DNA from: Hypanus sabinus
Lineage: Eukaryota
Length of the DNA: 64,000 nucleotides
Assembly (NCBI RefSeq): GCF_030144855.1
Contig: NC_082713.1
Coordinates: 52,328,001 to 52,392,000 of the forward strand
Direction of reading: 5' to 3'
The notes below the pieces were generated by a model. The model saw only the letters and a list, made by a program, of their open reading frames with translations, was not told the DNA's origin and ran no database searches. Position numbers and translations under genes: made by a program. Of the stretch, positions 11,640-25,437 are shown one piece after another. Position 1 is the first letter of the stretch. Each line of letters starts with the position of its first letter.

Positions 11640-14600
11640 CTGATTTCTTTGCTCCAACAAAATTTCAAGTCTTTCAAGTCTCTGATGACTACACCTGCAA
11701 AAGGTGCATCCAGCTGCAGCTCCTGTCAAACCAAGTTAGGGAACTGGAGCTGGATAAACTTCAGATCATTTGGGAGGCAGAGGCAGTAATAGATTGGAGT
11801 TTTAGGGAGACAATCACCCTTAAGAGTCTGGAGACAGGTAACTGGGTGACTGTCAGGAGAGGGAAGGGGAATAGACAGAATGAGCAGAGCACCCCTGTGG
11901 CTGTTCCCATCAACAGTAAACAGTCCAGTACCAGAGGGCATGGATTGAGAATAAGAGGTCAGTTATTTAAAACAGAGTTGAGGAAGACCTTCTTCTCCCA
12001 GAGAGTTGTGGAGGTGTGGAATGCACTGCCTCGGAAGACGGTGGAGGCCAATACTCTGGATGCTTTCAAGAAGGAGCTGGATAGATATCTGATGGATAGG
12101 GGAATCAAGGGATATGGGGACAAGGCAGGGACTGGGTATTGATAGTGAATGATCAGCCATGATCTCAGAATGGCGGTGCAGACTCGAGGGGCCGAATGGT
12201 CTACTTCTGCACCTATTGTCTATTGTCTATTGTCTACTGTTTTGGATACTGTTGGTGGGGATGACCTACCAGGGACAAGTTGCAGTGGTTGCGTCTCTGG
12301 CATCAAGACTGGACCCTCAGCTCAGAAAGGAAGAAGGGAAAATAGGAGAGCAGTAGTGATAGGGGATTTGATAGTTAGGGGGACAGATAAGAGGTTCTGT
12401 GAGAGAGATCGAGAATCCCAGATGGTCTGTTGCCTCCCTGGTGCCAGGACATCTCGGATTGAATTCTCAGGAGAGAGGGTGAGCAGCCAAATGTCGTGCT
12501 CCATGTGGGGACCAATGACATAGATCAGAGTAGGGATGAGTTCCTGAAGAAGGACTATAGGGAGTTAGGAAAGAAGTTAAAAAGCAGGACCTCAAGGGTG
12601 GTAATCTCGGGATTGCTGCCTGTGCCACGAGACAGAGAGGGTAGGAACAGAAAGTTATGGCAGATGAATGCGTGGCTGAAGTGTTGGTGCAGGGGGCAGG
12701 GGTTCAGATTTCTGGATCTTTGGGATCTCTTCTGGGGAAGGTCTGACCTGTACAAGAAGGATGGGCTGCACCTAAACTGAAAAGGGAGCAATATCCTGGA
12801 TGGCAGATTTGCTAGAGCTGTTGGGGAGGTTTTAAACTAGTTTGGCAGAGGGGTGGGAATCAGAATGTGAGGTCAGAGATTAGGGTAGAAGGACAAGGCT
12901 TGATGCTATGTGTTCTGAGTTGGTGAGAAAGGGCAGGGGACAAAACATAAAGTAGCCAGTTAGAGGGGTTGAAATGTGTCTATTTCAACGCTAAGAATAT
13001 TAGGAATAAAGGGGATGAACTTAGAGCATGGATCAGTATGTGGAACTACAATGTTGTGGCTGTAACTGAAATTTGGTTGGAGGAAGGGCAGGATTGGCTG
13101 ATGCAGGTACTGGGGTTTAGGTGTTTTAAAAGGAATAGGATGGGAAGTAGAAAGGAGGGGAGTAGCATTACTGGTCAGGGATAGTATCACGGCTATAGAA
13201 AGGGAGGACTCTGCAGAGGGAGTGTCCAATGAGTCAGTGTGGGTGGAAGTCAGAAATAGGAAGGGATCAATCACTGTGCTGGGAGTAGTCTATAGGTCCC
13301 CAAATAGCCCACGAGACACCAAGCAGCAGATAAGCAGGCAGATTTTAGAATGGTGCAGGAAATACAAGGTTGTAGTTATGGGTGATTTCAACTTCCCTCA
13401 TGTTGACTGGCACCTTCTGACTGCAAGGGGGATAGGTGGGGCTGAATTTGTCAGGTGTGTTCAAGAAGGATTCCTGACACAGTATGTGGACCGGCCGACG
13501 AGAGGAGATGCCATAATGAACCTAGTTCTGGGTAATGAACCTGGTCAGGTGGCAGACCTCTTGGTGGGGGAGCATTTTGGTGAGAGTGACCACAGCTTCC
13601 TTGGCTTCAGCATAGCAATGGAAAAGGATAAAAACAGACAAAATAGGAAAGTACTTAACTGGGGAAGGGCTAACTATGAAGGGATGAGGCAGGACCTAGC
13701 GAGAGTAAATTGGAAACCGATGTTCAAGGGTGAAAACACAGAAGTAATGTGGAGGAGATTTAGGGACCACTTGTGCTGGGTTCAGGATAGGTTTGTCCCA
13801 CTGAGACAAGGAAAAAAAGGTAGGAAAAGGGAACCGTGACTGAGGAAGCACATGAGGCAACTCGTCAAGAGGAAGAAGGAAGCATATTTAGATATAAGAA
13901 GCAGGAAGCAGGAGGGGCTCATGAGAAATATAGGGTAGCCAGGAAGGAGCTTAAGAAAGGACTTAGGAGAGCTTGAAGGGGGCATGAGAAGGCCTTGGCA
14001 TGTAAAATTAAGGAGAACCCCAATGCGTTCTATGCGTATGTGAAGAACAGAAGGATGACAAGAATGAAGGTGGGACCGCTAAAGGATAAAGAAGGCAACA
14101 TATGCCAGGAGGTTGGGGTGGTCCTAAATGAATACTTTGCTTCATTATTCACAAGTGAAAAGGACCTTGATCAGGGTGAGGTCGAAATAGAACAGGCCTG
14201 TGTGCAATGTGGAGATTAAGGAAGAAGAAGTGTTGGATCTTCTTAAAAACATCAAGATTGATAAGTACCCAGGGCCAGATGTGATATACCCCAGGTTGCT
14301 GTGGGAAGTGAGAGAAGAGATTGCCGGAGCAGTAGCTATGACCTTTGAATCCTCTTTGGCTGCAGGGGAGGTGCTGGAGGATTGGAAAATGGTAAATGTA
14401 GTTCCCTTGTTTAAAAAAGGTGATAGGGAGAATCCTGGGAACTGTAGCCCAGTGAGTTTTATGTTGGTGGTCTGCAAACTACTGGAAAGGATTCTTAAGG
14501 ATAGGATCTATGAGCATTTGGAGAAGTACAGTCTACTCAAGGATAGTCAACTTGTCTTTGTGAAGGGAAGGTCGTGCCTCACGTGCCTAATTGAGTTTTT

Positions 14601-15787
14601 TGAAGAGGTAACAAAAGAAATTGATGAGGGTAGGGTGGTAGATGTGCTCTACAAGGCATTTGACAAGGTCCCCCATGAGACACTCATCCAGAAAGTCATG
14701 AGGCATGGGATCAGTGGAACATTGGCTGTTTGGATAAAATATTGGCTTACAGGAAGAAAGCAGAGGGTAGTAGTGGAAGGAAAGTATTCTGCCTGGAGGT
14801 CGGTGACTAGTAGAGTGCCTCAAGGATCTGTTCTGGGACCCCTGCTCTTTATGATTTTTATAAATGACCTGCATGAAGAGGCAGAAGGATGGGTGAGTAA
14901 GTTTGCGGATGCTACAAAGATTGGAGGAGTTGTGGATGGAGCTGTAGGTTGTCGAAGGTTACAAGAGGATATAGACAGGCTGCAGAGTTAGGCAGAAAAG
15001 TGGCAGATGGAGTTCAATCCAGGTAAGTGTGAGGTGATGCATTTTGGAAAGACAAACCAGCAGGCTGAGTGCAGGGTTAATGGTTACTTACGAGTGTGGA
15101 TCCTATCAACCTGTGCAAGATCGCTGCACAGGTTGATAGGATAATTAAGAAGGCCTATGGGATGCTAGGCTTCATTAATAGAGGGATTGAGTTCAAGAGT
15201 AGAGAAGTCATGTTGCAACTCTACAAATTTCTGGTGAGACCACACTTAAAGTATTGTGTTCAGTTCTGGTCACCTCTTTATAGGAAGGATGCTGAAGCTA
15301 TGGAGAGGGTGCAGAGGAGATTTACCAGGATGTTACCTGGATTAGAAAACAAGTCTTATGAGGCAAGGTCAGCAGAGCTGGGACTTTTCTCTTTGGAGCG
15401 TAGAAGGATGAGAGGGGACTTGATAGAGGTCTACAAGATTATGAGAGGCATAGATAGGGTGGATAGCCAGTACCTGATTCCCAGAACATAAGTAGCAAAA
15501 ACCAAAGGGCATATGTACAAAGTTAAGGGAGGGAAGTTTAGGGGAGACATCAGGGGTAAGTTTTTTTTTTTACGCAGAGGGTTGTGGGTGCCTGGAATGA
15601 CCTGCCAGGGACGATGCTGGAGGCTATAACATTAGGGGTATTTAAGAGCCTCTTAGACAGGCACATGGTTGAAAGAAAAATTACAGGGTAGTGTGGGTTT
15701 AGTACTTTTTGTAAGGAATATATGGGTCAGCACAACATCGAGGGCTGAAGGGCCTGTACTGTGCTGTAGTTTTCTAGTGTCTAGTGT
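11640..15787 (+). mobile_element. near-full-length decayed CR1 LINE (ORF1 zinc finger + SGNH esterase; ORF2 APE endonuclease + RT)
   Basis: ORF1: DYTCKRCIQLQLL, VVIGD(L)IVRG, HVGTND, DGLHLN. ORF2: YFNAKNIRNK, VMGDFN, SDH, AFDKVPH, PQGSVLGP, KFADA. Ends in a (tctagtg)n tail. Several premature stops. Confidence 0.93.
11921..12234 (+). mobile_element. CR1 3' fragment nested inside ORF1 of the host CR1
   Basis: STRGHGLRIRGQLFKTELRKTFFSQRVVEVWNALP followed by a (tattgtc)3 tail; host ORF1 resumes at TVLDTVGGDDLPG. Confidence 0.85.
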
Positions 15788-17119
15788 TGCTTATGCAGGA
15801 GTCACAATATGTGATTTACTTCAATGCTGAATTCTAAAATAAAGATAGGACCAAGACAACTATTCATTTGAAAAGATCAATGACTGGCTTGGAGCCAGAC
15901 ATTGATTTTCTTATCTTTGTGTGTGTGTGTCAATATTTGCCAATAGTGAGAATAAAATTTATCACTGATTTTGTAAAGTCTAGCTACATGTAGAATTTTG
16001 GTTTTTTTAGGAAATTATCACCAGTTGCTTTTCATTTGATAGGTATCATGTCATGGATTAGGAAGCTGCATGTTTCCATCAGCATCACATGATCAAGGCA
16101 CACAAATAGACTCTTGTTATTAAACACAAAATAGGTGGCTGCCAGCAACACTGATAGAGTTGCTCCTGCTCATCCTCCAGGCACCAGAACATATCAGGAC
16201 AACAGCCAATTGCAAAATTGCAAAGTGGATTAGTGCCAGCAGTATCCCCTCAGTATGAAGCAGCAATGTGGGAAATAGATCTAAAATAGCTCAAAGCTAA
16301 GCCTTCTAACTCTAATCTCTGAGTAATCTGCTTAACCTTGCTCCAATTTTTGATCCAACACCTTCTTATACCTATCATTTTTCACAGACATAAGCTGATC
16401 TTGATCTGCATTTCTCAAAACTTCTCACTAGTATTAGTGATTCACCACTATTGTGCCAATGCACTTCTCTTTTTCAAAAAGTGTGTAGCAAAAAGTACAG
16501 CCAGCTATAGGAGACAACTTATGGTTCATGTTTTGTTCTACCTTTAAGAATAGCCTGTGGATGACATTTGCAAGGGCAATGTCTAGATCATTGGCAAAGC
16601 TGGAGGAGAAGTCTGGTGTTTTAAACCATACTCCTTTCCATTACCACTGAAAATATTATTCTTACACACACCTATTGGAAATTTCTGCCGCCTTTATATA
16701 TAGTGTATCTTCTATACCCTCTACCTCTGCATTTCTTCCAGCATTTCAAAACAACATTGGATTTACCATAAATCATACTCAGACACACTCACCATAGGGT
16801 TAATTTGGATACACAATTCTCTGCTCCAGAAATGCTTTAGTTTTAATATTGGCATTTGTATTTCTCTGTCCTTGCTATTTCTGATACCTGTAATCTCCTC
16901 CAAACTATAAATGTTTTTTTTTTCCTCCTTCTGTGGCAGTTTGCACCATTGGTTCTTGAAGTTAAATTTCTGGTTAGAACTCAGTATGTCAATCTTTCTT
17001 CCTGAAGCATTAACTCCTTTTCACTTTCCACAGATGCTTTCTGACCTGTTGTTTGTTTGTTTCTAGCATTTCCTGTCTTTATTATTTCAGATTTCTTGAA
17101 TCTGCAGTTTTTAAAATAT

Positions 17120-17710
17120 AGAAACAGAAAACATACAGCACAACACAGGCCCTTCAGCCCACAAAGCTGTGCCCAACCTGTCCCTACCTTAGATCTACCT
17201 AGGCTTTACCCATAGCCCTCTATTTTTCTAAGCTCCATATAGCCATCCAGGAGTCTCTTAAATGGCCCTATCATTTCCACCACCTCCACCGCCTCCGGCA
17301 GCCCATTCCAAGCACTCACCACTCTCTGCGTAAAAAAGATCCACCCCTGACATCTCCTGTGTACCTATTTCCAAGCACCTTAAAACTATGCCCTCTTGTG
17401 CTAGCCATTTCAGCCCTGGGGAAAAGCCTCTGACTATCCACACAATCAATGCCTCTCTTTATCCTGTACACCTCTATCAGGTCACCTCTCATCCTCTGTT
17501 GCTCCAAGGAGAAAAACCGAGTTCACTCAACCTATTCTCATAAGGCATGCTCCCCAATCCAGGCAACATCCCTGTAAATATCCTCTGCAGCCTTTCTATG
17601 GTTTCCACATCCTCCCTGTAGTGAGGTGACCAAAACTGAGCACAGTTGTCCAAGTGGGGTCTGACCAGGGTCCTATATAGCTGTAACATTACCTCAGCTC
17701 TTAAACTCAA
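17120..17710 (-). mobile_element. CR1 LINE 3' fragment
   Basis: MLQLYRTLVRPHL, RMRGDLIEVYRI, TRGHSFKV motifs on the minus strand. Confidence 0.9.
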
Positions 17711-18529
17711 TTTATGTTATTATTCTAAATTATTTATGTCATTATGTTAAACCCAGTCATTGATTCTCTTGGACTCAAAGCCACAAAGATAGTGATTTAT
17801 AATGCATAACTATTGTTTGGTATCAATTGTAAATAATACAAATAAGATTTAACAAAGAGTTAAATGACTTATCAATCATGCTACTAGTTACAGTTATTCA
17901 CAGTATTCAATACATTATCATGGATTCAGTTGTAACAAACTACATTGATTACTTCTTGGAAGTTTGTGCCTCTGCTTTCATCTTGCCTTGAATTCTCTCT
18001 CCCATTCTGATTTAATGTGATATCAGACTCTTAATTTTCTCTGCTCTCACCTTTGAAACCATAGAGTCCTCTAACTTTTCAGAATAATCACAAGGCTTTC
18101 AATTCTGGTTTGATTGTGCTTAGTCTATCATGTCTCATTCTGGCCATGCGCTACTGAACTGACATTGCTGTAACAATATTCAGAGGATCTTTAGGGCTTT
18201 GGAAATGCCTCAGAATTGCAGTGCAATTGTTTTGTAAGTTATTCAACTCAAGCTGTGCTTGATTAGGTCCATTCAGCAATTTTATAAAGAGTGAGAGTCT
18301 CATGTGCTCTTCTCCAGAACTGACTGCTCAATGTTGATAATATAAAGCAATCAATATAACTTCAATGCAATACCCTGTGCTGAGTCTATTTCACTTGTCA
18401 ACACACAACTAATGCCTGAAACTACTGTGAATAGACTCTCTCATATTGTTCCAATAGATTATAGAAATTCTGCATAAACTATTTGCCTTTGAATTGTTCT
18501 TATGGTCTTAGGCAGAACTGCTGCTATAT

Positions 18530-18880
18530 CAACTCATAATGGATCTGGATAGGAGGCTTTCTATGGTGCATCGATTAAAAATTAGTGAGGGTTAAAGGGA
18601 ACGTGCACAACATCCTTAACCTCTGAGGAAGTAGAAGCGCTGATGTACTTGGCTGCGGTGTATACGTGGCTTGACCAGTACAGGCAATGGTGATGTTCAT
18701 TCCTAGCAAACTGCCTCATCGCAGTCAATGTAAATAGGACTGTGCACGTCAACCGTAGCCTCCCCCCCCCCCCCAACCTTCTGAAGTCAATGACTAGTAC
18801 TTCCATTTTACTGACTTTAAGGGAAAGGTTGTTGTCATGGGACCATATCACTCTGCTATCTACCTCCTTCCTGTACTATG
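18530..18880 (-). mobile_element. Rex1-type LINE fragment
   Basis: WSHDNNLSLKVSKMEVLVIDFRR motif. Confidence 0.65.
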
Positions 18881-19339
18881 AAAGTCTATGAGAGAGGGAT
18901 CCAGGATGTTTTGGGTGGGGACCCAACACCTCTCCTCAGGACCATAGCCCTACCAGTCCACAAGATCCTGGAGGCCATAGTCCCAGCGATGAACGTCCAT
19001 CAGTCAATGCACCGTGAAGGCCTCTGACCCATTGATGAGCCATGGGGAAGGGGGGGTGATTTGGGGACAGGACACAGGGTGGCTCATGAAAGACTTGATG
19101 TGGGACACACAGAAGGAGGGATGAATGTGGCGGAGAGTGGAGGATAGCTTGAGACGGACGGCAGCAGGGCTGATGACTTTAGCAATGGGAAAGGGGCCAA
19201 TGAAGCAAAGGGCGAGTTTGCAGGAATCCACCTTGAGGGGCAGGTCTCAGGTTGAAAGCCACACACACTTGATCCTAGCAGAAGTATGAAGAAGGGCAAA
19301 GTGAGTATGCCTCCACATCCGCTGACAAAGGCAGATGAA

Positions 19340-20887
19340 CATCAAGACCCTGCTGACCCCTTACTAGACCCCCTGCAGTTTGCATATCATCCCAACTGCT
19401 CAACAGACGATGCCATCGTCACCACCCTCCACCTGGCCGTCACCCACCTGGGCAGAAAAGACATGTACGTTGGAATGCTGTTCATAGATTTCAGTTCAGC
19501 ATTCAACACAATCATTCCTCAGCACCTGACTGGAAAGATGAGCCTGCTAGGCCTGAACATTCCCCTCAGCAACTGGATTCTAGATTTCCTGACTGGGAGA
19601 CCTTAGTCAGTTCAGATCGGGAGCAGCATCTCCAACACCACCATATTGAGCATGGGGGCCCCTCAGGGCTGTGTGCTCAGTCACTCTGCTGACCCACAAC
19701 TGTGCAGCAATACAAAGCTTGAATTACATCATCAAGTTCGCTGATGACACGACCGTGGTGGGTCTGATCTGCAAGAACGACGAGTCAGCTTACAGAGAAG
19801 AAGTGCAGTGGCTAACGGACTGGCGCAGAGCCAAAAACCTGTCTCTGAATGTGAACAAAACAAAAGAGATGGTTGTTGACTTCAGGAGAGCATGGAATGA
19901 CCACTCTCTGCTGAACATCGACGGCTCCTCCATAGAGATCGTTAAGAGCACCAAATTTCTTGGTGTTCACTTGGTGGAGAATCTCACCTGGTCCCTCAAC
20001 ACTAGTTCCATAGCCAAGAAAGCCCAGCAGCGTCTCTACTTTCTGCGAAGGCTGAGAAAAGTCCATCTCCCACCCTCCATCCTCACCACATTCAAGAGTA
20101 TCCTGAGCATTACTACATTACTGCCTGGTTCGGAAATTGCACCATCTCAGATCACAAGACCCTGCAGCGGATAGCGAGGTCAGTTGAAGGGATCATCAAG
20201 ATCTCTCTTCCTGCCATTACAGACATTTACACCATCTGCCACATCCGCAAAGCTAACAGCATTGTGAAGGAGCCCATGCACTCCTCATACAAACTGTTCT
20301 CCCTCCTGCCATCTGGCAAAAGGTATCAAAACATTTGGGGTCTGACAATCAGACTGTGTAACAGTTTCTTCCACCAAGCAATTAGACTCCTCAATTCCCA
20401 GAGTNNNNNNNNNNNNNNNNNNNNNNNNNNNNNNNNNNNNNNNNNNNNNNNNNNNNNNNNNNNNNNNNNNNNNNNNNNNNNNNNNNNNNNNNNNNNNNNN
20501 NNNNNNNNNNNNNNNNNNNNNNNNNNNNNNNNNNNNNNNNNNNNNNNNNNNNNNNNNNNNNNNNNNNNNNNNNNNNNNNNNNNNNNNNNNNNNNNNNNNN
20601 TTTGCAATTTTTGCTCATTTCTTTCTCAATTCCTGCTAAAACATTGTTTACATTTACGTTATTTATTATATGGTAATTTGCCCTTTACTGTGTCTATTGA
20701 CTTCTTTATTAATTATTGTACTGTCTTACACTGTTTTGTGCCCTTTATGTAGTCCCGTGTAGGTCTGAAGTCTAATGTAGTTTTGTGTTGTTTCAGGTAG
20801 CACCAGGGTCCTGGAGGAACTTTGTTTCGTTTTTACTGTGTACTGTATCAGCAGTTATGGTTGAAATGACAATAAAAGCGACTTGAC
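19340..20887 (+). mobile_element. Rex1/Babar-type LINE inserted into the gypsy integrase, with 6-bp TSD gatgaa
   Basis: [46 protein letters not shown]; gatgaa at 19334-19339 and 20888-20893. Confidence 0.9.
20405..20600. other. assembly gap (196 N)
   Basis: Run of N within the 3' region of the Rex1-type LINE. Confidence 1.
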
Positions 20888-23439
20888 GATGAATGCCTCA
20901 GCAGATGGAACATCAACTTCCTCCTCCTGGGCAGGAAACAGTGGAGGTTGGTAGCCAAGGCAGCATACGAAAGGGGACAGACCGGTGGATGAGGACAGAT
21001 GAGAGTTTATGGCATACTCAGGCCAGGGTAGCTTCTGACTCCATGCAGAGGGGTTCAGGGAGACCAGACACTGCAATACAGTCTCTAGCTAGGTTGGCCT
21101 GCTTAGTCTGGCCATTGGTCTGTGGGTGGAATCCTGAAGACAGACTCACGGAGGCACCCAGAAGATTACAGAATGCCTCCAGAAGTTGGATGTCAGCCCT
21201 TGTCTGACACAAAATCTATAAGTAAACCATGTAATTTAAAAGCATACAGTAGTAGTAATTTAGCTGTTTCTTTGGTGGAGGGGAGTTTAGGTAAAGGAAT
21301 GAAGTGTACAGACTTGGAGAAACGATCAACTATTATGAGTGGTGGTATTACCATTTGATGGGGGAAGACCAATGACAAAATCCAGGGCAATGTGAGACCA
21401 GGGTCTCTTAGGGATAGACAGTGGTTGTAACAGACCAACAGATGACTGGTTAGAGTTCTTGCCTTGAGCACAGACCGAGCAGGCTGAGACAAAGTTACGG
21501 ATGTCATCTCCCATGGAGGGCCACCAGGACCACTGACTGATGAAGGCTTATGTATGCTTGGTTCCAGTGTGACAGAATAACTGGGAAGAATGATCCCACT
21601 ACGATATCTGTGAGTGGACAGAGCTGAGAACATAAATACAGTTAGTGGGACATTGTCTAGAGGCTGCCTCGCTCTGTTGAGCAGCTTGCACCATGGCTTC
21701 AATGTCCCATTGCGCTTCACCCACAAGACAGTGAGCAGGGAAGATGACATTGGGTACCTCAGGGGTCTCAAAGAATGGAAATCTTTGGGAGAGAGCATTA
21801 GGTTTTCTATTCTTGGAACCAGGGCAGAAGGACAGAGTAAAATTGAATCTTGAGAAAAAACAGTGACCAACGAGCTTGATGGGAGTTGAGTCATTTGGCT
21901 GTATGGATATATTCCTGATTCTTGTGATCAGTCCAAACTAAGAATGACACCTTTGCTCCCTCCAGCCACTCCTCCAGAGCTAGCTTCACAACCAGCGGTT
22001 CCCGGTTTCTGACATCGTAATTCTACTCCGTGGGAGTGAGGCAGTGAGAGAAGGCGGCACAGGGGTGTACCTTCTCATCCTTGGCCGAGCACTGAGAGAG
22101 AACAGCTCCTACACCAATGTCAGATGCATCCACCTCCACAATGAACTGCCAGTCGGTGTCAGGTTGAATCAGGATGGGGGCAGAGGTGAAACATTCCTTC
22201 AGGTCAAAGAATGCTTTTTCAGCAGCAGGGGGATCCAGGAGAATGTGACAGCTGATGAGGTAAGAGCAGTGAATGTACTGTAATTTCTGATGAACAGGCG
22301 ATAGGAGTTAGCGAAGCCCAAGAAGCATTGCGACTCCTGATGAGTCAAGGGTTGGGGCCTTTCAACTACTGCTTTGACCTTCTGTTGGTCCATTTGAATG
22401 GAACCTTCTGAAGTTACATACCCCAGGAAGGAGATTATTGTGATGAAATTCACACTTCTCAGCCTTCACAAAGAGCTGGTTCTCCAGAAGGTGCTAGAGA
22501 ACTCTGTGGATGTGACTGTGTTTGGCAAGGGACTGAAAAAAAATATATGTCGTTGAGATACCCAAAATCAAATTGGTTCAGCATGTCCTGAGAATGTCAT
22601 TTACTAGGGCTTGGAAGATGGCAGGGGCATTAGTGAGACCGAATGGCATGACCAGATAGTCGTAATGGCCTGACGTGGTGTTGAAGGCTGTTTTCCACTT
22701 GTCCCCTTTGCGGATGTGGACAAGGTGGTAGGCGTTACAGAGATCAAGCTTGGTGAAAACTGAGGATCTTTGTAGTAGTTCAAATGCCAAGGTCATGAGC
22801 TGAAGAGGGTAACGGTTCTTAGCAGTGATTTAATTCAGTCCCCGGTAATCAATGCACAGATGTAAGCAGCTGTCCTTCTTTTCAACAAAGATGAAATTGG
22901 CACTAGCAGGGGAGGAAGACGGCTGGATGATGCCTGCGGCCAGAGACTCTTGAATGTACTTACTCATGACTTCTGTTTCAGGTACAGACAGGGAATACAG
23001 GCAGCCCCTTGGGGGAGTTGTGCCAGGCAAGAGGTAAAAGGTGCAATCATATTGACGATAAGGCAGTAGGGAAGTGGCCTGGGACTTGTTGAACACAGCC
23101 TTGAGGTCCATGTATTCAGGAGGGATGTCACTAAGGTCTGGAAGTTCCTTGGGGGGAACTGTGCTTGGAGACAAGGCAGTGGGAGTGACAGAATGGGCTG
23201 CAGCCTACAATCTTGCGACTGAGCCAGTCAATGTGGGGGTTGTCTTTAGCTAACCAGGGATGGCCCAGGACAATGGGAGCTTGAGGAGAGTCAATAATAT
23301 AAAGGGTTAACTGTTCACGATGGTTGCTAGATAAACTGAGTCTCACTGGGGCTGTGACATGTGTGATGTTAGCCAGTCTCTGTCCATTCAAGGCGTTGGC
23401 CATTAATCATGACTGGGGATGGAACTGAACTAGATTTGA

Positions 23440-23930
23440 CAGGGGAAGACTGGAGGGGGATGACATCCTCCCCTCCTCATCTGGTTCAATTCTATCTGGC
23501 CTCCATCTCTCCACAGTGGTTCCTATTATCACATTTGTTACTTATCAGATTCCAACACATGTTGCTTTTGTGTTTTTTCATAACATCCTCCAGCCGCTTT
23601 CACCTTCACCCGCTTTGATTGATCTCGCTGTTTTTTTATTTGTCGGCCTCTATCAATCATGCTCCTCAACTCCATCCCTCTCCTTTCTCTAACTGGTTCA
23701 ACCTGTCCATCATCGTTTACCTGTTCTCCAAAATCCACCAATTATCTCTAGCCCCCTATATCACTTCTTTCTCTTTCCTCTTTATAGTGCTTATCTCCAT
23801 CTGCACACTGAGTCCTGATGACCTGAAAGATTGACAAAGCCTTTCCCTCCACAGATGCTGCTCAGCTCTCTGAGTTTCTCCAGCTGACTGTTACTCTAAA
23901 TTCCAGCATCTGCTGCCTTTTGTGCCTCCA
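23440..23930 (+). repeat. Penelope-like tail with degenerate hammerhead-core remnant
   Basis: Pyrimidine-rich tail, then agtcCTGATGAcctGAAAgattgac and cacagatgctgc...gagtttctccagc. Confidence 0.55.
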
Positions 23931-24532
23931 CTGATAATTATAATCTTTATAATGGAATTATAGTCATAGAGCAATTACACTACCTTGTGTCTACCTTTTC
24001 ATAGTTTGACTTTCCAAGATGCATCATCTCATAATTGACTATTGAAATCTATTGTTTACTCTTCAGCCCACTTCTTTAATTAATCAATATATGGTAACCT
24101 TCTTCACTGTCAACAACATCTCCTTATTTTGTGTCATCTGCAAACTTACTGTTCAAACCTGTACATTGATATCCAAATTATTTATATAAGTAATAAATAA
24201 CAATGGTCCCAACACCAACCCTTGTGGCATGCCACTAGTCATTGGCCTCCATTCCAGAAACAACCTTCAACCACTACCATTGGCTTCCTACTTCTGGGCC
24301 AATTTTAAATCCACTTAACTAGCTCTCTCTGGTTTTCATGGGAACCTTCCAGACCTTGCTAAAGTCCAAATATGCAACATCCATTGCCGTAATCCTCATC
24401 TTCCTTTTTAGCTAACTCATTAAAAAAAAAATCAAAGGCTTGTCAACCCCAACTCTTCAAAAATCTCTAAAAGGTTTTCAAGCATGACTTCCCATGCAGA
24501 AAACCTTTCTGACTCTTCCTAACCAAGTTTTG

Positions 24533-25437
24533 GTTCAGACTCAGTTTATTGTCATTCAACCATACACATGTATATCGCCAAAAGAAGTAACGTTTCTCCA
24601 GACCAAGGTGCACAACACAGTACATATAACTCACACACTTAACACATAAAGTAATATTACCAGAAGTAAATTAGCAAATAATAAGGTGTATTTCCAACCC
24701 AAGTTAATAAATGAACAGTATAATGTTACTGGCACTTAATGCATGATGAGACTTGGCTGGTGGCAGGGTGTTCAGTAGTCTTATGTCCTGGGGGAAGAAG
24801 CTGGTTTCCATCCTAACAGTTCTTGTCCTAATACTACAGTGCCTCCCGCCTGATGGTAAGGGGTAGAAGAAATTGTAGGATGGATGGGAGGGATCATTGA
24901 CAATGCTAAAGACACTGCGCCCACAGTCTTCCTGATAAATATTTCTGAAGGGTGGAAGAGAAATTCCAATAATCCCCTCAGTAGTCTGCACAATTCTTTG
25001 TAGTGACTTGTGGTCAGGTTGCTTACAGTTTCCATACCATACAGTGATGCAGCTGGTCAGGACACTCTCAATGTTGCTCCTGTAAAAATTGGTTAGAATT
25101 GGGGGAGTGGGGAAGGAAGGAGCCTTACTCATCACTTGTCCTCAGAAAGTGGGGATGCTTCTCTGCTTTCTTGACCAAAGAGGTGGTGAGATTGACTGTT
25201 ATATGCATTCCAAGAAACTTGATGCTCCTAGCTCTCTCCATGGAGGGGCTGTGTATGTGCAGTGATGAGTGGTCAACCTGCACCTTCCTAAAGTTCGCAA
25301 TCATCTCTTTGGTCTTGATCACGTTGAGACTCAAGTTATTGTGCCTGCACCATTCTACCAGCCACTCTACCTCCTCTATACATGCTAGTTTGTCATCGTT
25401 ATTGATGAGGTCAGCCACTGTTGTGTCATCATCAAAC
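24533..25437 (-). mobile_element. Rex1-type LINE 3' part nested in CR1
   Basis: KFDDDTT, WCRHNNLSLNVIKTKEM, NFYRSNIESVLTSCITVWYG, SFFPQ.IRLLN; AATAAA-like signal and short tail. Confidence 0.82.

Larger units (their letters stand above)
18885..23403 (-). mobile_element. Ty3/gypsy chromovirus (Sushi/Tf2-like) pol remnant: protease tail, RT, RNase H, integrase, chromodomain; no LTR or gag recognised
   Basis: [19 protein letters not shown]...KTAFNT...[52 protein letters not shown] (GPF/Y motif), and a terminal W.GYGPEERCWVP chromodomain; many frameshifts. Confidence 0.92.

Noticed and set aside
13222-14991. Long APE and RT ORFs as an active LINE
   Set aside because: Interrupted by stops and frameshifts, and the catalytic FADD is mutated to FADA.
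20264-20752. ORFs containing poly-X
   Set aside because: Artefacts of the N gap.
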